The position numbers and the translations under genes were made by a program. Below are positions 29,480 to 39,380 of a DNA stretch of 64,000 bases, piece after piece. Every line of letters begins with the position of its first letter. Positions within the stretch are counted from its first letter, which is position 1. Origin of the DNA: Nitrospirales bacterium (GTDB lineage Bacteria; Nitrospirota; Nitrospiria; Nitrospirales; Nitrospiraceae); the NCBI GenBank assembly GCA_038200765.1, contig JBBRRK010000001.1:8975-72974 (forward strand). Direction: 5' to 3'. A model generated the notes under the pieces. That model ran no database searches. It was not told where the DNA came from and was given only the letters and a program-made list of their open reading frames with translations.

Positions 29480-29548
29480 TCCCTCGCCTCGTGCCACCTT
29501 GCCCGGCTTCCATGCGATTTTTTAACGAACCGTCATGAACAACATAGT
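29480..29548. repeat. F2 repeat, 3'-end remnant
   Basis: ggcttccatgcgattttttaacgaaccgtcatgaac parallels the F2 3' ends (gcgatttcgcgacgaaccgtcatgaatcatgcggg). Confidence 0.35.
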
Positions 29549-29572
29549 CTAACCTGATGATTAGGGAGTCAG

Positions 29573-30040
29573 ATGGCACAAAAATTTGGCAATGGACGTT
29601 GGGTACAAGAAGGGTTTCTGGATAATCGCGTTGATGGAACGATCGTGGGGCGGATCGTGTTTGCAGTGGTCGGTCCTGTCGATGTGTATTTACGAGGAAA
29701 CTTCAAGCCCGATATCGTGGGACAGGTCATTCAGTTTCGGAATCACCGGTTTGAGGACGAGGATCTTGCCGGGCAGGTGATTGGTGACATGGAAAATCCA
29801 CAGATTGGGGAAGTGAACTTGATCTCGTTCGACCCTCACCCGAACCTCGCGCCTCATCCGTATATCGAATGGTTCTCGGCGAGGAAGAATCACTATCGCA
29901 TCGAACTGGAACCGGCAGATGCCTGGGTCGTTCCCGCCTCGGAGATAGAAGAGGTCGACCGGGTGAGCCAAACGATTCGTGAGGCGCTCGCAGGACGGGT
30001 GGCTGAACGACCGACCCAGGAGCCCACGGAGTGGGTGTAG
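29573..30040 (+). CDS. hypothetical protein
   Basis: 155-aa ORF with GGGAG upstream. No motif recognised. Confidence 0.5.
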   Translation: MAQKFGNGRWVQEGFLDNRVDGTIVGRIVFAVVGPVDVYLRGNFKPDIVGQVIQFRNHRFEDEDLAGQVIGDMENPQIGEVNLISFDPHPNLAPHPYIEWFSARKNHYRIELEPADAWVVPASEIEEVDRVSQTIREALAGRVAERPTQEPTEWV

Positions 30041-30123
30041 CGGACTATGGGGTAGTACCTTCACTTGAGTTACCTCTACCCGTAGTGCGTCGGCCCTATC
30101 GGCCTCGCACATGCCTCATAGGC

Positions 30124-30913
30124 CTAGATGAGAGCATCGTAGGGCGCAAAGCCGGCGCGACCGCTTGCTAAACCAGGCGGTCGAAGCGCTTCCTGCAGTG
30201 CTGCACGGTATGTCGATTGACGCGAACGGCGAATCGTCCAGGGAGAGTCGAGGGGCTCACGACGGGCGGCCTCGTGGTGGGCCCTCCACGAGGCGGCGTG
30301 TGTAGCGAGTGCCGTGCGCGGAAAGCGAGCGATCGGACGGTACCCCCCCTCACTCTCCCGCCGCCCATCGCTCCCATCTCCCGAACGAAGGGCAGCAGGC
30401 TGTCGCTCGACCCCTCGGCGAGCCGCTGCATGCGAATGCGTCTCATCCCTTGGCCGCGACTCTTTGTGGCAAGCAATGACCACCCACGCCTTGGGCTCGA
30501 TGGCCGGCGCCCTCCGCCCGTTTCGACCCCGCCGACAACCGTCTCGTTGCCCGCACCATCGCACGCACAGTGTGTGCCACCAGGTCCATGCCGTCTTGTC
30601 GCTGCCGATTCTCAGGATGCGGTTCAGGCCGACGCACTCGCCGTGGTCTTTTGTCCGACACCCCACCACATCGCATAGACCCAGCGCCCACGCAGCGGTC
30701 GAGTGTCCGTAACGATGGGGCCGCCGGTAACGGACACGGCGGATTTACTTGCGCCACACCGAGCGAGCGTGCTCGACGTGGCCACGCCGTGGGGCTCCCG
30801 CAGTCCGGGCATCGGAATCCCTCGGGCCACCGCAGCTTCACCGAGTTGTCCCAACAGGCTTCCTCCGTAGAGAACGGGCGGTTGAATTCGGCTGCCGTTC
30901 GCGGGCTCTTCAC
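30124..30913 (-). mobile_element. IS1595-family transposase relic (multiply frameshifted)
   Basis: N-terminal Zn-ribbon FSTEEACWDNSVKLRWPEGFRCPDCGS. The rest is recognisable only across three frames (e.g. RIRMQRLAEGSSDSLLPFV). No intact ORF and no clear ends. Confidence 0.6.
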
Positions 30914-31128
30914 GGTCCCACCTACATCCTATGGGAGCAGCTCACGTCACGGTAATATCCCTCTGCTATCAACACATAAGAAATCGCTTGCCCCGCGATA
31001 CTCCCTTATCTCTCACCCAGTCCAGCCCAACTTGTCTTTTCCTGACGACACAATTACTCCGACGTTCCGACGCCTGCGGTTGCAGCTCAAAAGAGTGATG
31101 TGCTAAATGATGGGCTGGGAGCATACCA

Positions 31129-31542
31129 TTGGCGCACAACGACGAACACGAACAGCACGAGCGAATATTTACGTTGTTTGAGGCTAATCACCTCATCCCC
31201 CAGCTCAATTCCAAGTTGACATCGATTCAGCAAGCCAAGACTGTCTTGGCCCGCACGAAAGAGGATATCAGGAAGGCCAGCGCACGGGCTAAATATGGCG
31301 GTGGCAGCACCGTTGGGCACCTGTATATCTCAGGTCTTCAACAAGTCAGTACGAATCTTCAAGCGATTCAGGAACTCGGCATCCTAGTGAAGGACCTGGA
31401 TCTCGGCCTCTGTGACTTTCCTCATCTTCGTGACGGCCGAGTGGTCTATCTCTGCTGGAAGCTTGGAGAACAAGAAGTTCGCTGGTGGCATGAAACGACC
31501 GCTGGCTACAAAGATCGCTGCCCGCTAGAAGGCCTCGCTTGA
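31129..31542 (+). CDS. DUF2203-like protein
   Basis: 137 aa, TTG start. LFEANHLIPQL and VVYLCWKLGEQEVRWWHE patterns, recalled from memory. Confidence 0.55.
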   Translation: MAHNDEHEQHERIFTLFEANHLIPQLNSKLTSIQQAKTVLARTKEDIRKASARAKYGGGSTVGHLYISGLQQVSTNLQAIQELGILVKDLDLGLCDFPHLRDGRVVYLCWKLGEQEVRWWHETTAGYKDRCPLEGLA

Positions 31543-31576
31543 GGTCGGAATCCTAGCCTCAACCCTCGAGACATTT

Positions 31577-31855
31577 ATGAAATTTGTCATTCTTGGATTC
31601 GACAGTCCCGACGGAGAAGCCAAGCGAAAAATCTATCGCCCGGCGCATCTCGCCAAAATGGAACCCCTAGATGCGCAAGGCCGGGTCGTACTAGCCGGTC
31701 CGCTCACTGATAAGACTGGGAGTCTTATCGTCATCGAAGCTGACTCGCTGGAAGACGCACAACGGTTTGCTCGCGAAGACCCCTACACCGTTCACGGTGT
31801 ATTTGATCGGGTCGAGGTCCACCCATTTACTCAAGTCTTTCCGAAAGAACCCTAG
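31577..31855 (+). CDS. YciI-family protein
   Basis: 92 aa. MKFVILGFD...AGPL...EDPY pattern. Confidence 0.7.
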   Translation: MKFVILGFDSPDGEAKRKIYRPAHLAKMEPLDAQGRVVLAGPLTDKTGSLIVIEADSLEDAQRFAREDPYTVHGVFDRVEVHPFTQVFPKEP

Positions 31856-31879
31856 CCGAAAGCCTGTCGCTCCACTCCT

Positions 31880-32086
31880 AGCCGGCATTATTCAGGACCA
31901 CTTCTGCTGCGATCGCCGATCCGCTGTTACGACGAGCCTTCGGCCGACGGGCTCGCCCCTCGGACCCTCACCGTACTGTTGGGTACAGGCGCCCTTCCTC
32001 TTGGTGCCTATCCCCTGGCCTTCGCGCGTCGGTCTCGCGATGCGGCTCAGCGATTTCGCGACGAACCGTCATGAATCATGCGGGCT
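31880..32086. repeat. F2 repeat copy 2
   Basis: agccggcattattcagga...cttctgctgcgatcgc...cgaaccgtcatgaatcatgcgggct. CTAG is adjacent on both sides. Confidence 0.8.
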
Positions 32087-32155
32087 AGCCATCCCTCCGT
32101 TTGCCCAGGTCTACTTACATTGCCCCTTCAGCCATCGCGCGGTATAGTTACTTGA

Positions 32156-33424
32156 ATGGAACTGTACTGGCGATTGTTTTTTTTACTACCCCGCCCTTTT
32201 CGCCTTTTTCTATGTGGAACCCCTGCGTTCAGCGCCTCCACGAAAACCGTCATCGCCGAGGGGTCAATATGTCATGGCCGATGGCGACACCTTAGCCGGA
32301 GCAGAAGAAAAAGTCCTCCAACGAGCCCAACGCAACGTGGTAGAAAAAACGGGCGTCTATCTCGAAACTACGTTCCACGATATGGAAAAAGAATCTGGCG
32401 GGAGAAGCACGCTAACCAGTTCGCTGGAAATCAGAACGATTGCCGCCGCAATCACGGAAACGGAAACCCTCGAATCCAGGCGCTCCTTCGAGCTGAGTCG
32501 TCCCGTCTTCTTTGTACGCATTCGTGCCACGGTCAATGTCTGGCGGAGGCGGTACGCAGACTTCAATCCGATCAGCAACTCGCGCAACACTTTCGCCAAC
32601 TCCAGCAGGAAAATCACCAAATTGCGCTCGCAACTGCAAGAGCTTCGACAGCAGCCGATTGGCGTTCGAATGCTGGCAATCGATCCGAACGGGAAGCCCG
32701 CCTCACACCAACGAGCGCGCGCGATGCCCGAGACTGCTCTCCACACATCGAACCTGCGGGACAAGATCCAGCTCAGCACCGACGCCGCCACCCTTGACGA
32801 TCGCTACGTCGATCCACTCATTGTGCGAGGGCAAACCTATCTCCGACTCGTCTCACTGGCTTTTTCCCAACAGGCTCAGGCCTTGGACTATGCGGACTAT
32901 CTGGAGAAAGCCAAGATTGACTTCAACCGCGCCATCACACTCGACGCCAAGAGTGTATGGGCATAGGTCGGGAAAGGGGATGTACTCATGTGGCTGAAAC
33001 AATTGGACAAGGCTGCCTCTACCTACGAGCAGGCTCTTGAGCTCGATTCCTTTGCCGATATCGCTTGCCAACCCTCATCGGTGTATACACGACACAAGCC
33101 CGCCGTCAGGCTAACGCCAAATCTTGGCATCATGATGCTTTGGCCACACTGAAGAAACTTCTCAACGCCGAAACTCCTGAAAGTTGGATCCCCTATCAAA
33201 AAGAGGCGTATGCTCTGCGGAGCGAAATTTATCTCAAGCTCAATCAGCCAGAACAGGCGATCAAAGATCTGTCCACTATTATTCGGGTCGACCCGACCAA
33301 TGCTGCGGCCCTGGTGACCAGAGCGAAACTTTATCGAGAACGTGTACAGGGTCGGCTCGCCAAAGATGACCTTGAGCGAGCCAGCGTTCTTGGATCCGTT
33401 CCAGCCTGTAAGCAATTGCTGTAA
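32156..33424 (+). pseudogene. disrupted lipoprotein-type / TPR-repeat protein gene
   Basis: Reading continuity needs three repairs: a shift in the G4 run near 32261 (..VIAEG|QYVMADGD..), read-through of the in-frame TAG at 32964-32966 inside a TPR repeat, and a further shift near 33060 into ORF 33065-33424. Confidence 0.55.
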
Positions 33425-33505
33425 CATCGCGCTATAATTGATTTCTTACTAGCGCCTCCTGTACTAGCGAGAATGGCCCTAGCAGCCCAACATCTGCCGA
33501 TTGGT

Positions 33506-33535
33506 TTGACAGATCGAATGTGCCAACCTTATAAT
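33506..33535 (+). promoter_or_regulatory. candidate sigma70 promoter of the oxidoreductase operon
   Basis: TTGACA (33506-33511), an 18-nt spacer, then TATAAT (33530-33535). It lies about 235 nt upstream of ATG 33770. Confidence 0.35.
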
Positions 33536-33769
33536 TATAGATACGCCTAAAAATGCAAACGAGATAGGCGCTTTGGGCGGCCTCTTGGCAAAGCTAGGAT
33601 CTGAGGGCAAAAGGCCTAAGCCCTTTGATTCAATGGCCCCAAATTTCTCAGCATTGGGCCTTCTGCGAGGTTGCAGGGGGCGAGGAAAAAGCTTAGAGTG
33701 GTAATGGTTGAGATTGTGAGAAAACCTGTGTTTTTCGTTCTTTAACCCCTTGCCGGAGAGTACGCTGTA

Positions 33770-34399
33770 ATGATTCAGTATCGTGTCCTTCCAGGCCCGG
33801 AACATTTTCTTCCTCCATCGGCTGCCAGCATGGGCATTTGTTTGCCGAACCCTGGGGAGGCTCACATCAACGGCGTGATTGTCCCAGAGGAAAAAGCCTA
33901 TGAGGAAGCGGCGAAACAATTCCTCATGGCCAAAGTACCGACTCTTTTCCCTGGCCCCTTAGTTCTGTGGGCCTGGAATGAAAAGGCGGCCAAGAAGGCC
34001 ACGGCCATTCGCCACTTATACAACACGCTCAAGGAATGCGTACAACCCGGGCAAACGCCCATGCTGATCCCGATGCCGGACTACCGCCCTAAATACCCAA
34101 AAATCAATCCTGAAGTTGAGATCAATCCCAACCACCCAAATCTGACCATCTGGCATAATAAGATTGATTGCTGCATGTTCATTGGTGTCCACTGCCATCA
34201 AGCGAATTTGTCGCTCAAAATCATTCGGGGTGGCACATCCTGCTACACGATTGCCATGTGTGCTCAAGCTGGCCATGAAGATGCGATGCTCTCATTCCGC
34301 GACGCATCGGTTGAAAAAATCATGAAACTGGCCGATGCCGTGAAAAGATTAAAAGGGACGGTTAACCCACGGCTGACGTCAGCCAAAAACGGAGTCTGA
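33770..34399 (+). CDS. 2-oxoacid:ferredoxin oxidoreductase, fifth (epsilon-like) subunit
   Basis: 209 aa. First gene of a tight five-gene cluster. Size and position fit the extra subunit of Hydrogenobacter-type five-subunit POR/OGOR. The assignment rests on context. Confidence 0.55.
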   Translation: MIQYRVLPGPEHFLPPSAASMGICLPNPGEAHINGVIVPEEKAYEEAAKQFLMAKVPTLFPGPLVLWAWNEKAAKKATAIRHLYNTLKECVQPGQTPMLIPMPDYRPKYPKINPEVEINPNHPNLTIWHNKIDCCMFIGVHCHQANLSLKIIRGGTSCYTIAMCAQAGHEDAMLSFRDASVEKIMKLADAVKRLKGTVNPRLTSAKNGV

Positions 34400-34449
34400 A
34401 GCTAATCCACGCAGCTTGACGTTCTAAGACAGTGAAAGGAGACTGAACC

Positions 34450-35661
34450 ATGGCAGACACACACTCAGTCATTGGTACCAAGAATAAAAAAGGGCAGACC
34501 TTTACCGACACCTGGAAGATGATGAACGAGGCGCCGCGCACGCCGTCGTTCTATACAGGCAGTGAGGTCATCAAGGAAGCACTCCGGCGAGCCAGCTGCG
34601 ACGTAATGATCGCATACCCGATTACACCGCAGAGCGAAGCAGCCGCCTTAATCGGTGAGCTCTTTGCCGAAGGTTACATCGGCGACTATTTCCGTGGCGA
34701 GAGTGAATTCGCCGTCATGTCGCAATGTGCGGGAGCGGCCTTCGGCGGAGCACGCGTGTTTACGACGACCGCGGGACCCGGCACAATGCGCGCAATGGAG
34801 AACTTCCCGATGTGGTCCGGCGCACGGTTGCCGATTCAGATGATCGTCACCTGCCGCGGCATCAACTCGCCGCTGTCGATTCAGCCTGACACGCTTGAGA
34901 TCGCCTACCTTCTGAATACCGGCATGCTCGTCTGGCATGCGGAAACCGCACAGGACTTCTTCGATTGGATCCTTAAAGGCTACATGGTGTCGGAAGAGCC
35001 TGATGTGCACCTCCCCTTGGCGCTGTGCTGCGACGGGTTCTTCGTGACGCACACCAAGGACGTCGTCAATCTTACCCCGGCAGACATGTGTCTTCCACCC
35101 TACGACCCCTACCGCTCGCCCGTTCCCTGCATGGACATGGAGTGTCCGCCGGTCCGGATGATGCGTGATCCATTCGTCATGAAAAGTAACTACATCAGCT
35201 ATGCCACCCACGCTTCCTGGCAACAAGAAGTTTGGGCGGCAGTGGAGCGGTCTCGCAAACACACAATCAAATGGATAAACGGGTTGATCGAGACAGAAAA
35301 TACCGACGCTGAGATCCTCATCGTCGCTTCGGGTACGGCGGTGTCGCAGGGTCGTGAGGCCATCCGGCTCCTTGAAGACGAAGGCATCCGTTGCGGTCTG
35401 GTAAAAATCAAGTCCTTGCGGCCCTGGCCAGGCGAGGAAATCCGTGAAGCCACGAAAAATGCCAAACACATTATCGTCCCAGAATTTAATGTAACTGGGT
35501 GGCTGGCAAAGGAAATTAGGGCCACCATCCCGAATAGCGAACGTGTGAACGCCGGCCCGCGCGTCTGCGGAGGCATGACGATGCCGCCGGAAATTATTGT
35601 CTCAGAGATCAAGAACCTGCTCGGCATGCGCACTATGTCGTTGGCCGGTCGCGGTGGTTGA
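34450..35661 (+). CDS. 2-oxoacid:ferredoxin oxidoreductase alpha subunit
   Basis: 403 aa. MIAYPITPQSE motif typical of OFOR alpha subunits. Confidence 0.85.
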   Translation: MADTHSVIGTKNKKGQTFTDTWKMMNEAPRTPSFYTGSEVIKEALRRASCDVMIAYPITPQSEAAALIGELFAEGYIGDYFRGESEFAVMSQCAGAAFGGARVFTTTAGPGTMRAMENFPMWSGARLPIQMIVTCRGINSPLSIQPDTLEIAYLLNTGMLVWHAETAQDFFDWILKGYMVSEEPDVHLPLALCCDGFFVTHTKDVVNLTPADMCLPPYDPYRSPVPCMDMECPPVRMMRDPFVMKSNYISYATHASWQQEVWAAVERSRKHTIKWINGLIETENTDAEILIVASGTAVSQGREAIRLLEDEGIRCGLVKIKSLRPWPGEEIREATKNAKHIIVPEFNVTGWLAKEIRATIPNSERVNAGPRVCGGMTMPPEIIVSEIKNLLGMRTMSLAGRGG

Positions 35662-35720
35662 TCGCATCTAGCAGCAAGAACAGAATAACTTGAATAAGAC
35701 GCACCACTGAGGAGGCCAAC

Positions 35721-36626
35721 ATGAGCAAGGAACGTATAAAGATTTCTGAAGACCTGTATGACATCATGCCGTCTGACTACCAAGACTTGGTCAAGAGCGC
35801 AACCTACGGCAAAGAAGACCGAGGCTGGAAGGATATTGGCAACAGCAAGGAACTGATCGAACAGCACTCCCTCTGCGCCGGCTGCCCAGAATCCATGGCC
35901 TTCCGCTACATCCTGGCCTCATTGCCGAACCCTGAAGACACTGTCATGGTCGGCTCCACCGGCTGCACCAGCCTGGTGTTCCCCATGGTGGCCGTACACA
36001 ACATTCACTCCCTCTTCGGTAACCAAAACGCCATTGCCTCAGGCTTAAAGCGCGCCTTGAGCGTCCGCTTCCCAGGCCGGACTAAAGACGTGGTCGTGCT
36101 CGCCGGTGACGGCGCCACCGTCGATATCGGCCTCGACATGACGCTCCAAGCCTGGTTCCGCCAAGAGAAGTTCACCACGATTTGCTTCGATAACGAACTG
36201 TACGCCAATACCGGTGGCCAGGAGAGCGGCCTGATGCAGAAGGGATTCGTCGCCAAGATGGCGCCAGTCGGGAAACTCTTCGACAAGGTCCGTCTGCCGG
36301 AAATCGCTCGTGAGTCAGGCTGCCATTACGTGGTTCAATGCACCGTCAGCAAGCCATCCCTCGTTGAGAAGGTGGTTAGGAACGCAGTCATGATCGCACG
36401 CGAAATCGGCCCGACCTACCTCCAGCTCTACACACCTTGTATTCTCGAAATCGGGAAGAACAGCATGGAAGGGCTTCAGGAAATGCGGGACTCTGAAAAA
36501 CCGACCGAGCGGTTCGCCTACAAAGAGTACATCAGCGAGCCGGCCAAACAGCTCCTGGCAGAAATGTCCGCCAAGGACAAAGAAAAGAAGGCGGCTGCGA
36601 AACAGCTCGCCTCACAGGGAGCCTAA
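35721..36626 (+). CDS. 2-oxoacid:ferredoxin oxidoreductase beta (TPP-binding) subunit
   Basis: 301 aa. CAGCPE and GSTGC Cys ligands, plus TPP motif VLAGDGATVDIGLD. Confidence 0.85.
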   Translation: MSKERIKISEDLYDIMPSDYQDLVKSATYGKEDRGWKDIGNSKELIEQHSLCAGCPESMAFRYILASLPNPEDTVMVGSTGCTSLVFPMVAVHNIHSLFGNQNAIASGLKRALSVRFPGRTKDVVVLAGDGATVDIGLDMTLQAWFRQEKFTTICFDNELYANTGGQESGLMQKGFVAKMAPVGKLFDKVRLPEIARESGCHYVVQCTVSKPSLVEKVVRNAVMIAREIGPTYLQLYTPCILEIGKNSMEGLQEMRDSEKPTERFAYKEYISEPAKQLLAEMSAKDKEKKAAAKQLASQGA

Positions 36627-36650
36627 TCCGATTCTGAAGGAGAGACGATC

Positions 36651-37358
36651 ATGATCAAGAAAAGACTCAACATCAGAATGTCGGGATTAGGAGGGCAGGG
36701 CGCTGTCACTGCCGCGCATGTTCTGGCCATGGCAGCCAACCGCGACGGCAAATTTTCGATCTCCAATCCCTTCTTCGGCGCCGAGAAACGCATGGCGCCC
36801 GCGGAGAGCTATTGCCGAATCGGCATCGAACGGATCTACGACCGTGGCGAGTTAGTATTTCCCGACGTCATTCAGGTCTTCCATCCCCAGGTCATCACCA
36901 TGGGAAAGAGCTATACCATGCCCTTCTACTCCGGCGTGAAAGAAGGTGGCCTTGTCGTCATCAACTCTGACCAGGAGCTTTTGTCTGCAGACGACATTGA
37001 ACGTCTTAGGGACTTGAACGTGAAAGTATTTTATATTGCAGGAACCGAACTTGCGATTGAAGTGGCCGGCACCGAGTTATCGACGAATATGTCGATGATC
37101 GGATCGGTAGCAGGGATCACCAAATGCGTCTCAATGGAATCCCTTGACGGCGCTTTGCAGGAACGATTCGGAAAGAAGTTCGTCGCCTCTGGCGGAACCG
37201 CCTCCTTAGATGAAGCGATCAAGAAGAAATTCGCCAAAAAAGAAATGTTGCTGGCCAAGAACTTGGCAACCGTGCAGGCAGCCTATGTCATCGCCAGTGA
37301 GTGGGCTGAGAAGAATCAGTATGAGCTGCGAGTCGGCAATCCTGCTGTTGCGGCTTAA
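36651..37358 (+). CDS. 2-oxoacid:ferredoxin oxidoreductase gamma subunit
   Basis: 235 aa. IRMSGLGGQGAVTAAHVLA. Confidence 0.8.
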   Translation: MIKKRLNIRMSGLGGQGAVTAAHVLAMAANRDGKFSISNPFFGAEKRMAPAESYCRIGIERIYDRGELVFPDVIQVFHPQVITMGKSYTMPFYSGVKEGGLVVINSDQELLSADDIERLRDLNVKVFYIAGTELAIEVAGTELSTNMSMIGSVAGITKCVSMESLDGALQERFGKKFVASGGTASLDEAIKKKFAKKEMLLAKNLATVQAAYVIASEWAEKNQYELRVGNPAVAA

Positions 37359-37381
37359 CGAGAGAGAAGGAACCAGCTCGC

Positions 37382-37660
37382 ATGTATAACGTAGCCCAAG
37401 TCATCGACGAAAAATGCGTGGCCAAAAAAGGATGCCGACTCTGCATCATGTATTGCCCTGAGGCCAACACCCTTGATCTCAATCCGACCAAGATGGTGGC
37501 CGAAGTGATCATCGACCGCTGTAAGGGCTGTGAACTCTGCGTAATCGTCTGCGACGCGGCCAAGCACAATGCCATCACCATGCAGGCCGTCAGTGCCACT
37601 GGACAACTAATGTCCAATAAAGGTGAGTCTGCCGCACTGGGGCAGGCCTACCAAGGATAA
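37382..37660 (+). CDS. 2-oxoacid:ferredoxin oxidoreductase delta subunit (2x[4Fe-4S] ferredoxin-like)
   Basis: 92 aa. CVAKKGCRLCIMYCPE and CKGCELCVIVCD. Confidence 0.8.
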   Translation: MYNVAQVIDEKCVAKKGCRLCIMYCPEANTLDLNPTKMVAEVIIDRCKGCELCVIVCDAAKHNAITMQAVSATGQLMSNKGESAALGQAYQG

Positions 37661-37691
37661 CCATTTTTTATAGCGGGTCTCCCGCGCAAGA

Positions 37692-37722
37692 CCCCATGGC
37701 GCCTGCGCTATGGGGTTTTTTG
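37692..37722 (+). terminator. rho-independent terminator after the oxidoreductase operon
   Basis: ccccatggcgcctgcgctatgggg stem-loop followed by TTTTTT. Confidence 0.65.
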
Positions 37723-37745
37723 TTGGTTACGCTGTGGAGGAATAG

Positions 37746-38015
37746 ATGGAAACTGAAGATAACGTCATCGATGAGCTCCTTCAAGATATTTCTGCCCTGA
37801 TCCACAAATATCCAAAAGTCCTTGAGCGGCGTGCAGCCGAAATCCACGCCAGTGGGAAAGACCCAGATTTGGCACAGACACTTGTTAAAGCTGCCGACAC
37901 TATGCGTGACAGTGGAAATCTCTATCTGACCTGGGCGAAGCACTACGCATCCGTTGCGGCAGGCAGGACTGACGCGACCTCGAATGAGGACGAAACGGAA
38001 GATTTCGATGTCTAA
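37746..38015 (+). CDS. small acidic hypothetical protein
   Basis: 89-aa ORF with GGAGG upstream. No motif recognised. Confidence 0.45.
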   Translation: METEDNVIDELLQDISALIHKYPKVLERRAAEIHASGKDPDLAQTLVKAADTMRDSGNLYLTWAKHYASVAAGRTDATSNEDETEDFDV

Positions 38016-38114
38016 GCGACAGCGGCGAGTCTCTCGATTGCCCTGATAGAAAAAAATCTCCCCCCAACAGAAATCTTTTGCTAGAATACGCCGCCTGACC
38101 ACGTATTATCTTGT

Positions 38115-38189
38115 TCCCCGGTAGCTCAGTGGTAGAGCAGCCGGCTGTTAACCGGCTGGTCGCAGGTTCGACTCCTGCCCGGGGAGCCA
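38115..38189 (+). tRNA. tRNA-Asn (anticodon GTT)
   Basis: Acceptor stem TCCCCGG/CCGGGGA, D-loop AGCTCAGTGGTAGAGC, anticodon loop CTGTTAA, T-arm GGTTCGACTCC, encoded CCA. Confidence 0.95.
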
Positions 38190-38198
38190 ATCCAGACG

Positions 38199-38238
38199 AA
38201 AAGGGGCACTTCACTCTGTGAAGTGCCCCTTTTATTTT
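38199..38238 (+). terminator. rho-independent terminator after tRNA-Asn
   Basis: aaaaggggcacttcactctgtgaagtgcccctttt, followed by ATTTT. Confidence 0.8.
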
Positions 38239-38381
38239 CTCCCGCCATTGAAACAAGAGTTACTTCCTCCTGTTCAGCTATCGGCGGATCTGGCAGCCAT
38301 GGCTGAAATTCAAGGAAACCCCCTCCCTTCAATTTGTCACATCCAGGCAATTCATACTGCGAAGCTATTGATTTTTTCTGT

Positions 38382-39380
38382 ATGATGGTCTCCATGGTAC
38401 CAAACGGTCGAGAATATACACCGGCGGCCTTGTTCAGAAATCCACATCTCATGACCATTGTCCCAGGCTACTGGCCTCGCGGACGACTTCTTGCCGGAGT
38501 ACCGACCGAGTCGCGCCTCTTCACCACCGAGCCGCATACTCAGTTACTCGGCTACTGCCACTGGCAGACAACCCGCACAGCATGCCAAACCTTGATACTC
38601 GTGCATGGGCTTGAAGGCTCCAGCGAGTCCCACTATATGCACGGCATCGCAGCGAAAGCCTATCGCGCAGGATTCAACATCATCCGAATGAACCAACGGA
38701 CCTGTGGCGGGACCGAGCATCTGACACCGACGCTCTATAACAGTGGCTTAAGTCAGGACTATCAATCCATTGTCGATGAATTGGCGCACGTGGATGGACT
38801 CAATCGTATCTGGCTTGTCGGCTATTCGATGGGAGGGAATCTTATCCTGAAAGCAGCCGGGGAAGCCGGCTCGTCAGAAGCAGCGTTGGTCGGCGCAATC
38901 GCAGTCTGCCCGAATATCGACCCTCCGAAATGTGTCGAGGCCTTGGAGCAGCCACACAACTGGATTTACCACAGACATTTTCTTGTGAAACTGAAGGCGC
39001 GATTGCGACGAAAGGCTGCGCTCCTCCCCGGCAAGTGGGATCTCACGGAGCTCGACGGCGTTGCCAGGATGAGCGAATTTGACGGCCGCTACACAGCCCC
39101 CGACGGAGGGTATGCCAGCGGAGCCGACTACTACAATCGCGTAGGGGCATGCCTTGTGCTCGATTCCATCACCGTCCCCACGCTCATCATCACGGCTCAA
39201 GATGATCCCTTCATACCTTACTCCATGTTTACGGTGCCGACGATTCAGCGCCACCCGATGATTCAGGTGATCGCGCCTCGCCACGGAGGACATTGCGGAT
39301 TCTTGCAATGGGCTCGCAACAGGGAAGACTCTTTCTGGGCGGAAAATCGGATTATGGACTTCTTGCAAAAACGAAGGTGA
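38382..39380 (+). CDS. alpha/beta hydrolase, YheT/ABHD-type
   Basis: LVHGLEGSSES and GYSMGGN. Start uncertain (38334 or 38382). Confidence 0.75.
   Translation: MMVSMVPNGREYTPAALFRNPHLMTIVPGYWPRGRLLAGVPTESRLFTTEPHTQLLGYCHWQTTRTACQTLILVHGLEGSSESHYMHGIAAKAYRAGFNIIRMNQRTCGGTEHLTPTLYNSGLSQDYQSIVDELAHVDGLNRIWLVGYSMGGNLILKAAGEAGSSEAALVGAIAVCPNIDPPKCVEALEQPHNWIYHRHFLVKLKARLRRKAALLPGKWDLTELDGVARMSEFDGRYTAPDGGYASGADYYNRVGACLVLDSITVPTLIITAQDDPFIPYSMFTVPTIQRHPMIQVIAPRHGGHCGFLQWARNREDSFWAENRIMDFLQKRR

Noticed and set aside
34648-35469. Long antisense ORFs opposite well-supported genes: this one opposite the oxidoreductase alpha subunit, plus 40306-41085 opposite pafA, 12862-13620 opposite thiD, 8017-8646 opposite prmA and 23118-23966 inside pycB
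   Set aside because: The partner strand or frame carries strong family motifs in every case. The antisense products are low-complexity and Arg-rich. I have no independent support for overlapping genes.
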